DNA of 32,000 nt from Acaryochloris marina MBIC11017. GTDB taxonomy: Bacteria; Cyanobacteriota; Cyanobacteriia; Thermosynechococcales; Thermosynechococcaceae. The stretch lies in assembly GCF_000018105.1 (NCBI RefSeq), contig NC_009925.1, positions 3,270,001-3,302,000 of the forward strand. Reading direction: 5' to 3'. The first letter of the stretch is position 1. Each line of letters opens with the position of its first letter. The notes under the pieces are model-generated. The model was not told the origin of the DNA. It ran no database searches and saw only the letters and a list, made by a program, of their open reading frames with translations. The translations under genes and the position numbers were made by a program. This document shows positions 17,204-26,012 of the stretch, piece by piece.

Positions 17204-18619
17204 TTATGATCGAGAAAGCGGCAGCGTGATCGCAAAGCACGTCTTTCCCGGTGCAGACTCTACCATTAGGCTGCCACCATGACGATTTTCAACGATCCGA
17301 CGGACGACATCCAGTCCCAATCCTGATCCTTTGCCCATGGGTTTGGTGGTAAAAAACGGTTCCAAAATGCGAGTTGTAATCTCAGGCGGGATGCCCGGAC
17401 CATTATCCTCCACTTCAACTCGGATACAGCTGTTCTTTTGACAAGTCCGAATCGTAATTTTAGGTGGTTCGGAAGTGGGAGGGCTTTCCCCTAAAGCGTC
17501 GATGGCGTTATCCAATAGATTGGTCCACACCTGGTTCAGCTCACTGCCAAAAGCCATCATTTTAGGGAGGTCTTGGTCATAGTGACGGTCAACCTTGATG
17601 CCATGCTTGAGCTTGAATGCAAACAAGCGCAGTGTATCTTCAATACCATCATGGATATCCACCTCTTGCTGCGCGGCCCGATCCATATAGGAATAGGACT
17701 TCATGGACTGCACTAGCGTCGAGATTCGCTCAGCCCCATCTAAACCTCTGAAGATCATCCCCATGACGTCAAAGGAGAGCGCCAACCACCTCAGGCCCAT
17801 ATCCCGTAGTTCAGTATCACTATTGCGCCAGCGGTCCATGAGTTGCTCGAGGGTTTCAGGCTCTACTTCCCCTGCAGCGAGTGGTTCAGCCAACTTCCAA
17901 GCTTCGTCAACCCCATAGTCCTCTAGCCAGTCAGTCAGGGCATCTTCTCGATCTCCCAAGACTAGGGGATCATTTTGGGGATGGGCAATGGCATTAAAAC
18001 CGTGATCTCTTAGCGCCAACCATTGCTGAGTATGCTCATCATCTACTTGGTGTTGACCATACACCAAATTCATCCGCTGCAATTCCAGAATGGCGGGTTT
18101 CACGTCTTTGAGTACCCGTACTAAAGCGGCTGCCGGGTTGTTGAGCTCATGGGCCAATCCTGCTGAAAGTGTGCCTAACGCAGCCATTTTTTCCCGACTT
18201 TGAATAAAAAATTCTAGGCCGCGTAACCGCTTCTCCATGGTGCGAAAGATATTTTTTTCAAAGTCACGGCAGCTATGGAGCACCTCTAAAAAGTCGGGAC
18301 AATTGAGTCGATAGAGGTCGGTATTCGTATCAGCCGTTAAGGTAACCGGAACTAAATCTTCCGTCAGGCATTGAATTTCTCCAAAGAAAGATGGACTCAC
18401 ATGGCGACCCACGGGCATATCTGCCCCATTGCTGCTGCGGCTGACAGTAATTTGACCGCTGACTTGAATAAAAAAGCCCAGTGGGGGCTCGCCTTCCCGG
18501 ACGAGAATTTCACCTGGGGTTAAGTGGATATGTTGTGTGCGATCGCAGATCCAATCCAGGCGTTCTGGAGGCAGTGTGCGAAAGACTTCTATCTGGGTCA
18601 AAGCGTCTGGACAAAGCAT
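17204..18619 (-). CDS. soluble sensor histidine kinase with N-terminal cyclic-nucleotide-binding-like domain
   Basis: The cNMP-like domain is FRTLPPERLDWI...GEILVREGEPPLGFFIQVSGQITV...FFGEIQCL...LYRL. It also has the H-box LSAGLAHELNNPAAAL, the N-box NQVWTNLLDNAIDA and the G-boxes DNGPGIP and GSGLGL. There are no TM segments. It starts 29 nt after the upstream RR-fusion gene. Confidence 0.85.
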   Translation of the reverse strand: MLCPDALTQIEVFRTLPPERLDWICDRTQHIHLTPGEILVREGEPPLGFFIQVSGQITVSRSSNGADMPVGRHVSPSFFGEIQCLTEDLVPVTLTADTNTDLYRLNCPDFLEVLHSCRDFEKNIFRTMEKRLRGLEFFIQSREKMAALGTLSAGLAHELNNPAAALVRVLKDVKPAILELQRMNLVYGQHQVDDEHTQQWLALRDHGFNAIAHPQNDPLVLGDREDALTDWLEDYGVDEAWKLAEPLAAGEVEPETLEQLMDRWRNSDTELRDMGLRWLALSFDVMGMIFRGLDGAERISTLVQSMKSYSYMDRAAQQEVDIHDGIEDTLRLFAFKLKHGIKVDRHYDQDLPKMMAFGSELNQVWTNLLDNAIDALGESPPTSEPPKITIRTCQKNSCIRVEVEDNGPGIPPEITTRILEPFFTTKPMGKGSGLGLDVVRRIVENRHGGSLMVESAPGKTCFAITLPLSRS

Positions 18620-18648
18620 GGATTAATTGCCTATAAATTGGGGATACG

Positions 18649-20313
18649 CTACAGGTTGGCTAAATGGCGATGAACAAACTGGACGCAAATAGAGCCTTCA
18701 CCCACGCCAGAGGCCACCCGTTTGATCGAGTTATGGCGCACATCACCCACCGCAAAAATGCCAGGTACGTTGGTTTCCAACAAGAAGCGATCGCGCTCCA
18801 GGGGCCAGCCTAACGATGTATCCACATCTGGCCCCGTACAAATAAAGCCCCGTTGATCGCGATATACCTGGTCACCTAACCAATCCGTACTGGGGGTTGC
18901 TCCGATAAAGATAAACAGGGAATTGGTCTCAAACGTTTTCATCTCATCGGTCTGGGAATCCTTGACCAGAATCCGCTCCAGCTTCTCGCTCCCCTGAGCT
19001 TCCACCACACTATGAAACGGCAACACTTCAATGTTGTCTGTGCCATCGATTTGGTCAATCAGATATTGGGACATGCTTTTAGTGAGAGACTCGCCCCGCA
19101 CCAATATGCGCACTGTCTTGGCAAACTTAGAAAAGTACATAGCTGCTTGGCCCGCTGAGTTGGCACCACCTACCACGTAGACCTCTTCGTTTGTGCAGGC
19201 GGCGGCTTCCGTTTGGGCTGCGCCGTAGTACACGCCTGCCCCCGTAAACTGTTCAATGCCAGGCATGTTTAGCCTACGCCAGGAGACCCCCAGGGCCAGG
19301 ATTAAGGCATGACTGCTGATTTCGCTACCATCAGACAGCGTCAAAAAATGGTAATTGTTCTCGGTACGCAGGCTTTGGCCAGCTTGGGGCGTGAGAATTT
19401 CAACACCGAAGCGCTTGGCCTGGGTAACGGCGCGGCGGGCCAGGTCACTGCCGCTTAAACCAACCGGAAAGCCCAAATAGTTTTCAATGCGAGAGCTGGT
19501 GCCTGCTTGGCCGCCAGGCGCTTCGCGCTCAATCATCACCGTGCGCAGTCCCTCAGAGGCACCATAAACAGCAGCAGCCAACCCCGCTGGGCCACCCCCC
19601 ACAATCACTAAATCGTAGAACGGCTTCGCCGCTTCGGTCGTTTGCCCCAGAGCTTGGGCCAGTTCTGTGACGCTGGGGCTCGTCAGTTTAGAGCCATCTG
19701 CTTGGATCACGAGGGGAAGGCAAGGATGATCGGCCTGGCTCACTTTTTCACCGGACAGACTGATCAACTGTTGGGCTTCAGGATCGCTTTCGATATCCAG
19801 CCAGCGGTAGGGAATTTGGTTGCGGGAGAGAAAATCGCGCAGGGCATGGGAGTCCGGGGACCAGCGATCGCTAATCACTTTCACTCCCTTAAACTCTGGT
19901 TTAAAGCTCGCTTTCCAGTCGGCGATTAAGTCATCCAGAACGGGATACAACTTCTCTTCTGGCGGATCCCAAGGTTTGAGCAAATAGTAGTCCAGGTTGG
20001 CATCATTGATGGCAGATATCGCCGCATCGGTATCGGCATAGGCCGTCAGCAGCGCTCGCTTCGCAGTGGGGAAAATAGGGCTGGCCTGTTCCAGAAATTC
20101 CACTCCGCTCATATTGGGCATCCGCTGATCTGCCAGGAAGAGGGCCACGGTATCGCCGCGCAGTTTGAGCTTCTGAGTCGCATCCAGGGCACTGGTCCCA
20201 GAGTCAGCCCGCATAATGCGGAAACGACCGCCATATTGCTTGCGCAGGTCACGGGCGATCGCTTGGAGCACGGCTGGATCATCGTCGATGGTTAGAATGA
20301 CGGGCTTATCCAT
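18649..20313 (-). CDS. fused response-regulator receiver / glutaredoxin-like / thioredoxin-reductase-like flavoprotein (no CxxC)
   Basis: REC covers aa 1-125 (DDD 10-12, D62, T90, K113). A Grx-like fold at aa ~143-215 has SPDS where Grx has CPYC. The FAD motif is VIVGGGPAGLAAAVYGASEG. The second dinucleotide motif is VYVVGGANSAGQAAMY. GVYYGAAQTEAAAC occupies the position of the TrxR CATC dithiol. AGGAG lies upstream of the ATG. Confidence 0.85.
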   Translation of the reverse strand: MDKPVILTIDDDPAVLQAIARDLRKQYGGRFRIMRADSGTSALDATQKLKLRGDTVALFLADQRMPNMSGVEFLEQASPIFPTAKRALLTAYADTDAAISAINDANLDYYLLKPWDPPEEKLYPVLDDLIADWKASFKPEFKGVKVISDRWSPDSHALRDFLSRNQIPYRWLDIESDPEAQQLISLSGEKVSQADHPCLPLVIQADGSKLTSPSVTELAQALGQTTEAAKPFYDLVIVGGGPAGLAAAVYGASEGLRTVMIEREAPGGQAGTSSRIENYLGFPVGLSGSDLARRAVTQAKRFGVEILTPQAGQSLRTENNYHFLTLSDGSEISSHALILALGVSWRRLNMPGIEQFTGAGVYYGAAQTEAAACTNEEVYVVGGANSAGQAAMYFSKFAKTVRILVRGESLTKSMSQYLIDQIDGTDNIEVLPFHSVVEAQGSEKLERILVKDSQTDEMKTFETNSLFIFIGATPSTDWLGDQVYRDQRGFICTGPDVDTSLGWPLERDRFLLETNVPGIFAVGDVRHNSIKRVASGVGEGSICVQFVHRHLANL

Positions 20314-20711
20314 TGTGATTAACTCCTACTGAAGGGTGATAGTTCGTACCACTGTAAAGTCTTTGTCAAAGGCATAGTGCAAAACCTCAGTACAACCTGA
20401 AACTAATGAAGGGTTGAATGTGGACAAGCTGATAGTCCATTCGTTTGAGATTGGGCCTTAAGATCTAAAGTATCTGAAGTACCTCTAAATAACCTCCAAA
20501 TGTTCTCTGAACACGCGCTTGGTTGGGTCGTAGTGCTGAGTTGTTTTGCGCTTTTCTAGGTCAGCAATCATCAGATTTTGGTTCATGGCCTTATGTCCAA
20601 ATTTCCTGTAGCTCAAGAGAAAGTGGATTAGCTATGGATCAGCGCTTTGCTTCACGCAATAGAGATACGATTGCAGATGCGATGTCACTGGGCTGAGTTG
20701 TGAGTCGTATT

Positions 20712-21179
20712 TTAAAGGTAATCCGCAACGTCAAAAGCCTGACCGAATTCACTGATTTCTACGGCGTACTTATAAGCTTTAGCCGTATCTGTTGCTGAGA
20801 TCCCGCTTGAACTATCCATACCCATTTTTTCCATAGTTTCTTTTACAAATCGAGGACTAACGGTGTTCACTCTTAGGCTTGAACCTAATTCGAACGCAGC
20901 TGCTTTCGCGAACGCATCTAGAGCGGCATTAACGAGGCTGATCGCTGCTCCCCCCTCCATTGGGTGTTGTGCCAAATAGCCTGATGATAAGGTAATGCTT
21001 CCTCCTTCGCGCACATATTTGTTGCCTACCTGAAATAGATTGACCTGCCCCAACAACTTACTGTCAACGGATGATTTGATCTGTTCAAAAGGGCCGGTCA
21101 AATCGGATCTCGATTGCCCCTCTTGTGCCAAAACCTCCCAGTTATCAGTATTGGGGAGATTCCTAATGGCTGCTGTCAT
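20712..21179 (-). pseudogene. N-terminally truncated short-chain dehydrogenase/reductase (Rossmann GxxxGxG part missing)
   Basis: The ORF encodes only the C-terminal two thirds of a ~200-aa SDR (..KLLGQVNLFQ..GGSITLSSG..NAALDAFAKAAAFEL..LRVNTVSP..). An in-frame TGA at 21240-21242 lies 20 codons upstream of the ATG. Only faint, frame-broken N-terminal similarity is visible further upstream, up to ~21397. Confidence 0.45.
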
Positions 21180-21884
21180 TACAAATGACTTCGAAAATGC
21201 TCTTAAAACCGATGTACCATCGGCTGTTGGCCAGCCGCCTCAGTGCAAACTGTCCACCAAAACAGGGTTTCAATCAGGCTACACGCATTTTTTGCAACCA
21301 TAGTGCAGGACGTTGCGGGACAGCATCATCCTTCGAGCTACCTCATTTCTTGCATTGCCATGTCAGTTGTGGGAAGAATGCCGAAAGTAGCCACCACTAC
21401 ACATGAATTATTGGTAAGACGGCAAGAGCAAATGGCAGTTTATTTTGAAACCGAACTGTAAAAAGGGATGTTGCCTTCTACGTTCAATGTTTCCGTTGCA
21501 GTGTCGCTCATCCAGGATCTAATGATCTCGATGGGGTTTCGGGGTCGAATGGGCACTTCTCTTGCGGAACTGGAAGAGCTTGCAGCTTGGAATGCCGAAC
21601 TGGTCATACTAAGTGGTACTATAGGAGGTTAGTCTGAGGCGCTGCATTTGCGTTGTTAGGGGTACTGTGGCATCGAAACCTGTAAAAACGTTATGGCGAC
21701 TACGATAGTGATTTAGGCAAAAAAACAGCGAATTTATGGGTGGGGCGAGTTTTAGCCCTAGGTGGCTATTCTAGTTGCGGTGGTGCGATCGCAAGTCGCA
21801 GCTTATCCTTCTTGCGAATGGCAAACCTCACATCAGGCATTATTGCTGAAGTGGTCATCCAATAAGGATCGTGAGTGGCAGAGG

Positions 21885-24800
21885 TCAGGCTTCATGAAGA
21901 CTGTGATCCTCAATTGCCCCTAACGCTTTCAGCGTCGCTTTTTGAGCATGAGTGACACCTGTTATACCCGTGATATTTATACCTTCATAGGGGCCTGGTA
22001 AGTACACCGTTCTTAAGCATTCCCCTGTATGAATATTCCAGAATTTGATGGTTTCATCACTCCCTCCACTGACGACCATTTGACCGCAGGGACTAAAGAC
22101 GACCGACCATACAGAGCTGGTATGCCCGCGACAGATTTGGAGACACTGACTGGTCTGAATGTCCCAAATTCGAATGGTCTGATCAAAGCTACAGCTTGCT
22201 AAGAGGGTTCCATCCTTAGAAAAGTCAATGGCACTGATCAAATTTAGATGTCCAGTTAACTTATGGCGGCACTGTAAATCACTCAACGGTTGGAGGATCA
22301 CTACTGGCTCGCCAGCAGAAAAACTGGCTAGGAGATCACCCTGGGGTGAAAAGGCTAATTCGCCAACCCAGCCTGAATATTCAAAGACTTCACAACAGCT
22401 GCCATTCTCAACTTGCCAGAGTCGTAATGTTTGGTCCATGCCGCCACTGGCGAGTAAACAGCCATCGGGCGAGAATGCAACGGACCAAATCGCATTGCTG
22501 TGCCCTTGTAAACGTTGAGTACAGAGGCCAGCATTGACATCCCAGAGTTGTAAGTCACCCAGGTCACTGGTGCAGGCGAGCAGATTACCGTCAGGGCTAA
22601 AGGTGATCGCTCGCGTGACATCAAAAGAAACGGGCAAGTTGGAATGCAAGCGGTCGTTGTCTAAGTCCCATATTTTGAGCTTGTTGTCTTGAGCATATCC
22701 ACCACTGGCCAGCAGATGTCCGTCTGGGCTAATAGCGACAGTCGACACAAAACCTTCTTGTTGATGGGCTTGTAGGCAATCGCCCCTCTGGGTGTCCCAA
22801 AAGCGAATCCATCCGTCTTGAGATCCACTAATGAGCCGATTCCCCTCTGGCGTAAAGACTAAAGACCAGACGGTATTGGTAAATCCCGAGAACGTCCTGA
22901 AACACTTACCCTTCGCAATATTCCAAAGACGAACGGATCGATCTTGACTGCCACTAGCCAATAGATTGCTGGAGTGAGCAAAAGAGACCGACCAGACCCA
23001 ACTCGTATGATCTGTGAAGCAAGCGACACAATGACCGGAAGAGGTATCCCATAGTCGGATCGTGTTGTCTTGACTGCCACTCGCGAGGGTTTGTCCATCG
23101 GCTGAGAAATCAACAGAGACGATTGCATTGCTATGGCCGGATAAACACATCAAGCACTGGCCAGACTGGAGATCCCATAGACGCATGGTTTTATCGTTGC
23201 TGCCACTGGCGAGATAGGGGCTTGTAGGCGAAAAGGCAACCGACCACACCGTTTCGTTATGTCCTTGGAAAGTGTTGATGCACTCACCCGTCTCCAAATC
23301 CCAGAGCTTGACAGTGGAGTCCGCACTACTGCTGGCCAGATAAGAATTCTGAGGCGAAAAGGCAACCGAATGAACTGGCGCATCATGCCCCTGCAGAACA
23401 TTGAGGCAGCGACCCTCAGCAAGATTCCATAAACGAATCGTTTGGTCTGAGCTGCAGCTGGCCAGAACATCACCCTCTCTGGAAAATGCAACGGACCAAA
23501 TGGCATCCTGATGCCCTGCCAAGGTATTAAGGCACTGTCCTGTATCGATGTCCCAGATGCGAAGAGTGTGATCAAAACTACCACTTGCAAGGCGATCGCC
23601 ATTGGGAGAGAAGGCGATGGAGGAAATCCAGGCCGTATGCCCTTTTAGGGCTAACAGTTGTTGACCATTCGAGATTTGCCATAGATAAATATTGCCGTTG
23701 GCATCGGCAGCAGCCACGAGAGATTGAGCAGGGTTTAACGCGACGGCAAAGACCGCACCGAAGGTATGGGTGAACAGTGATTGAGATAAATCTGACCCTG
23801 TGAAATTGACATGATGGAGCGAAATATCCTGTAGGTTGGCTTGCCAAATAGGGAGATGGGACAAATCATACCCACTGAGATCTGTGCCGATCTGGCGCAG
23901 TAAATTGATAATGTTGCCCGGTGTATAGCCTGCTTGCACGATGGGCTGATGTCGAAGGTGGTCTAGCAGTTTTGTGAGGTGATCGGCAATGGCTTGTGTA
24001 TTGCCCAAGGTGATCAGCAGTTGGTCTAAGACGGGCTGCAAAATGAGACCGGTTTGGATATCTCGTAGATAATCTTTGGCTTGAGCTTTGACAATCGCGA
24101 GTTGACTGCATAAGGACACGTCTTGGCTGAGCAGCTCATAACTAATCTGCTGGGTGAGTTTGCGAATGACAAACTCCATCACCACAGGCTGTTGAGTATA
24201 TTGACCCCGTCGCGATTCAATTAAACACCGGGATACGAGGGATTCTAGTGCCTCTAAGAGATGGGCGGTGGTTATGGTGGGTATGAGGTCTGTTTTTAGG
24301 TCTAGGGTGGTGGTCCATTCTCGGTTGATGGCGAGCCAGTACATTAAAAGTCTTTCTAATGGAGAAAGTCGCTCAAACTGTTGATTCAGTAAACGTCGGA
24401 CTCCGCTGAAAATAATGGTTTCTTCGGCTAGGAACTGGGCAATATCACTGTCAAATAGGTCATGAATGGAGCTGGCAGTAATCTTCAAGGCTAAGGGACT
24501 ACAGCCATAAGATTCACATAGGGTTTGTTTCTCCTCAGCCGTTCCCTTTAACTGCTGATTCTTGACTAACGCCAGGGCCATATCTAAAGCCCCACCAATG
24601 GTTAGGGACCGGACCGGTAGCTCGACGCCTTCGAACATTGCGATCTCAGCTGGCTTTTCTCGACTCGTGAGTAGCACACAACTTTGGTGCTGGGATTCAC
24701 CCACAACCCGGAATAGCTCTGCGTAGTCTTCATAGCCGGGGCGATAGTACCCCGTTTGTTGCTCTGGCTGCAAAATGGTTTCGATATTGTCCAGAACGAC

Positions 24801-25451
24801 TAAACAGCGAGCAGTTTGCAGACATTGCAACAGTAGTCTTATATCTGTTTCTAGGGGCTGCTGATGGGAGAGAAAAGGCACCAGTTCTCCCAGTAGGGAG
24901 GCTAAAGATGGGGCGTTACGCAGGGACCGCCAAATGATAAAGTCGAATTCTTGTTGCAGTTGCTGAGCTAATTTGACCGTTAGCGCTGTCTTGCCAATGC
25001 CGCCCATGCCCAGAATGCAAAGGAGCCGACAATGGTCTGTTCTAACCCACTGGCCCAAGGTGGCTAATTCTTCAACTCGGCCATGAAAGATGGAGACGTC
25101 CATGGCTTCCCCCCAATCTTGCTGAGGTCTTGAAATTTTTGTCGGGAGTGGTGTTTGATCCGCTGTTGGTTTAGGGGAGGGTGAAGTATAGTCTGATGAT
25201 GTTAGATCAAGTCCAAAAGTATTGAAGTAAGCTTTCAGGGTTTTACGATCGACGGCATGTTTGCAGGCTCGAACTTTGCTGAGGGTGTTCGGGCTGAGCT
25301 GAGTCAGCTCTGTCAAATCTTCGATGGTGTAAGGTAATCCATTATTGTTGGCGGCTTCGAATTGGTTCTGGGCCTCTTGGAGTCGCTGCCAGCCCTGGGG
25401 AGAAAGAACCATACCTCGCTTACGTTGCGAACGGCTTTTGGCCCTAGACAT
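21885..25451 (-). CDS. STAND NTPase: N-terminal HTH + NB-ARC/NACHT-like ATPase + pentapeptide-like linker + ~14 WD40 repeats (1188 aa)
   Basis: The XRE-like HTH is at aa ~14-85 (YTIEDLTELTQLSPNTLSKVRACKHAVDRKTLKAYFNTFGL). Walker A is GMGGIGKT (aa 148-155) and Walker B is CLVVLDN (aa 216-222). WD40 units run from aa ~565 to 1145 with GH...WSVAFSPDG..LASGS.D.T.RLWD periodicity of ~42 aa: 13 clear units plus 1 degenerate. The C-terminal tail YEGINITGITGVTHAQKATLKALGA is common in cyanobacterial WD40 proteins. Confidence 0.9.
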   Translation of the reverse strand: MSRAKSRSQRKRGMVLSPQGWQRLQEAQNQFEAANNNGLPYTIEDLTELTQLSPNTLSKVRACKHAVDRKTLKAYFNTFGLDLTSSDYTSPSPKPTADQTPLPTKISRPQQDWGEAMDVSIFHGRVEELATLGQWVRTDHCRLLCILGMGGIGKTALTVKLAQQLQQEFDFIIWRSLRNAPSLASLLGELVPFLSHQQPLETDIRLLLQCLQTARCLVVLDNIETILQPEQQTGYYRPGYEDYAELFRVVGESQHQSCVLLTSREKPAEIAMFEGVELPVRSLTIGGALDMALALVKNQQLKGTAEEKQTLCESYGCSPLALKITASSIHDLFDSDIAQFLAEETIIFSGVRRLLNQQFERLSPLERLLMYWLAINREWTTTLDLKTDLIPTITTAHLLEALESLVSRCLIESRRGQYTQQPVVMEFVIRKLTQQISYELLSQDVSLCSQLAIVKAQAKDYLRDIQTGLILQPVLDQLLITLGNTQAIADHLTKLLDHLRHQPIVQAGYTPGNIINLLRQIGTDLSGYDLSHLPIWQANLQDISLHHVNFTGSDLSQSLFTHTFGAVFAVALNPAQSLVAAADANGNIYLWQISNGQQLLALKGHTAWISSIAFSPNGDRLASGSFDHTLRIWDIDTGQCLNTLAGHQDAIWSVAFSREGDVLASCSSDQTIRLWNLAEGRCLNVLQGHDAPVHSVAFSPQNSYLASSSADSTVKLWDLETGECINTFQGHNETVWSVAFSPTSPYLASGSNDKTMRLWDLQSGQCLMCLSGHSNAIVSVDFSADGQTLASGSQDNTIRLWDTSSGHCVACFTDHTSWVWSVSFAHSSNLLASGSQDRSVRLWNIAKGKCFRTFSGFTNTVWSLVFTPEGNRLISGSQDGWIRFWDTQRGDCLQAHQQEGFVSTVAISPDGHLLASGGYAQDNKLKIWDLDNDRLHSNLPVSFDVTRAITFSPDGNLLACTSDLGDLQLWDVNAGLCTQRLQGHSNAIWSVAFSPDGCLLASGGMDQTLRLWQVENGSCCEVFEYSGWVGELAFSPQGDLLASFSAGEPVVILQPLSDLQCRHKLTGHLNLISAIDFSKDGTLLASCSFDQTIRIWDIQTSQCLQICRGHTSSVWSVVFSPCGQMVVSGGSDETIKFWNIHTGECLRTVYLPGPYEGINITGITGVTHAQKATLKALGAIEDHSLHEA

Positions 25452-26012
25452 CGGCGATATCTCCCTTGCTAGCCATGTGCCTTCCTATGAGTGGCCGCTG
25501 ATAGCACCATTTTAGGTGAAATCTGTGTTTGAATTCCTAAAGTTCACAGCCGCTGAAAAGCTTTCGCTAATTCAATTTCACCAGCTTTTATTAAAGTTGA
25601 GGCTTAAGTTGGGGGCTTAACTTGTTATCTTGCATGGACGAGCGGTTGATTGTGCTGCACTGTATCAGTATTGGTGATATCAGGATTGGTTGGTATTTGC
25701 GACCGGAAGCCTCTTTCAAGAGATTGATGCAGACCGAAAGCAACTGACCCAAAAAATTTATTATCCAAGTGACTCCCTTGAATGAATGGTCTCTCCCCAT
25801 TCATTTACCCAGTGAAGTGAATCACCTAAATTGAGGAAAAAAATATGGTTTTAGTTCTAGAAACCCTGAATTAGCGATCTCATAAATCAACGGTTTGGTT
25901 CGCGTTGATCGGGGTAAAAGCGGTTTGGGATTTACATATTGGCTCTATGTAGGACAGCGGTAGCCAAATATAGGTTTCTTTTTTGCATATTTTTTTAAGT
26001 CGGAGAATGATC

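Noticed and set aside
17055-17282. 75-aa plus-strand ORF overlapping the 3' end of the histidine kinase gene
   Set aside because: It overlaps the conserved HATPase C-terminus on the opposite strand, and no motif is present.
20485-20586. 33-aa minus-strand ORF (MNQNLMIADLEKRKTTQHYDPTKRVFREHLEVI) upstream of the RR-TrxR-like gene
   Set aside because: It is too short and has no recognisable family or ribosome-binding site. It is mentioned only because it lies in an otherwise empty 400-bp region.
21040-21461. Three mutually overlapping plus-strand ORFs (87, 73 and 72 aa)
   Set aside because: They overlap each other and the SDR remnant, and have Cys/His/Ser-rich nonsense-like composition. This is consistent with decayed or non-coding DNA.
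22228-24111. Cluster of 60-150-aa ORFs on both strands within the WD40 region
   Set aside because: These are alternative frames of the repetitive WD40 coding sequence. The 1188-aa frame carries textbook WD40 repeats, so the others are artefacts of repeat periodicity.
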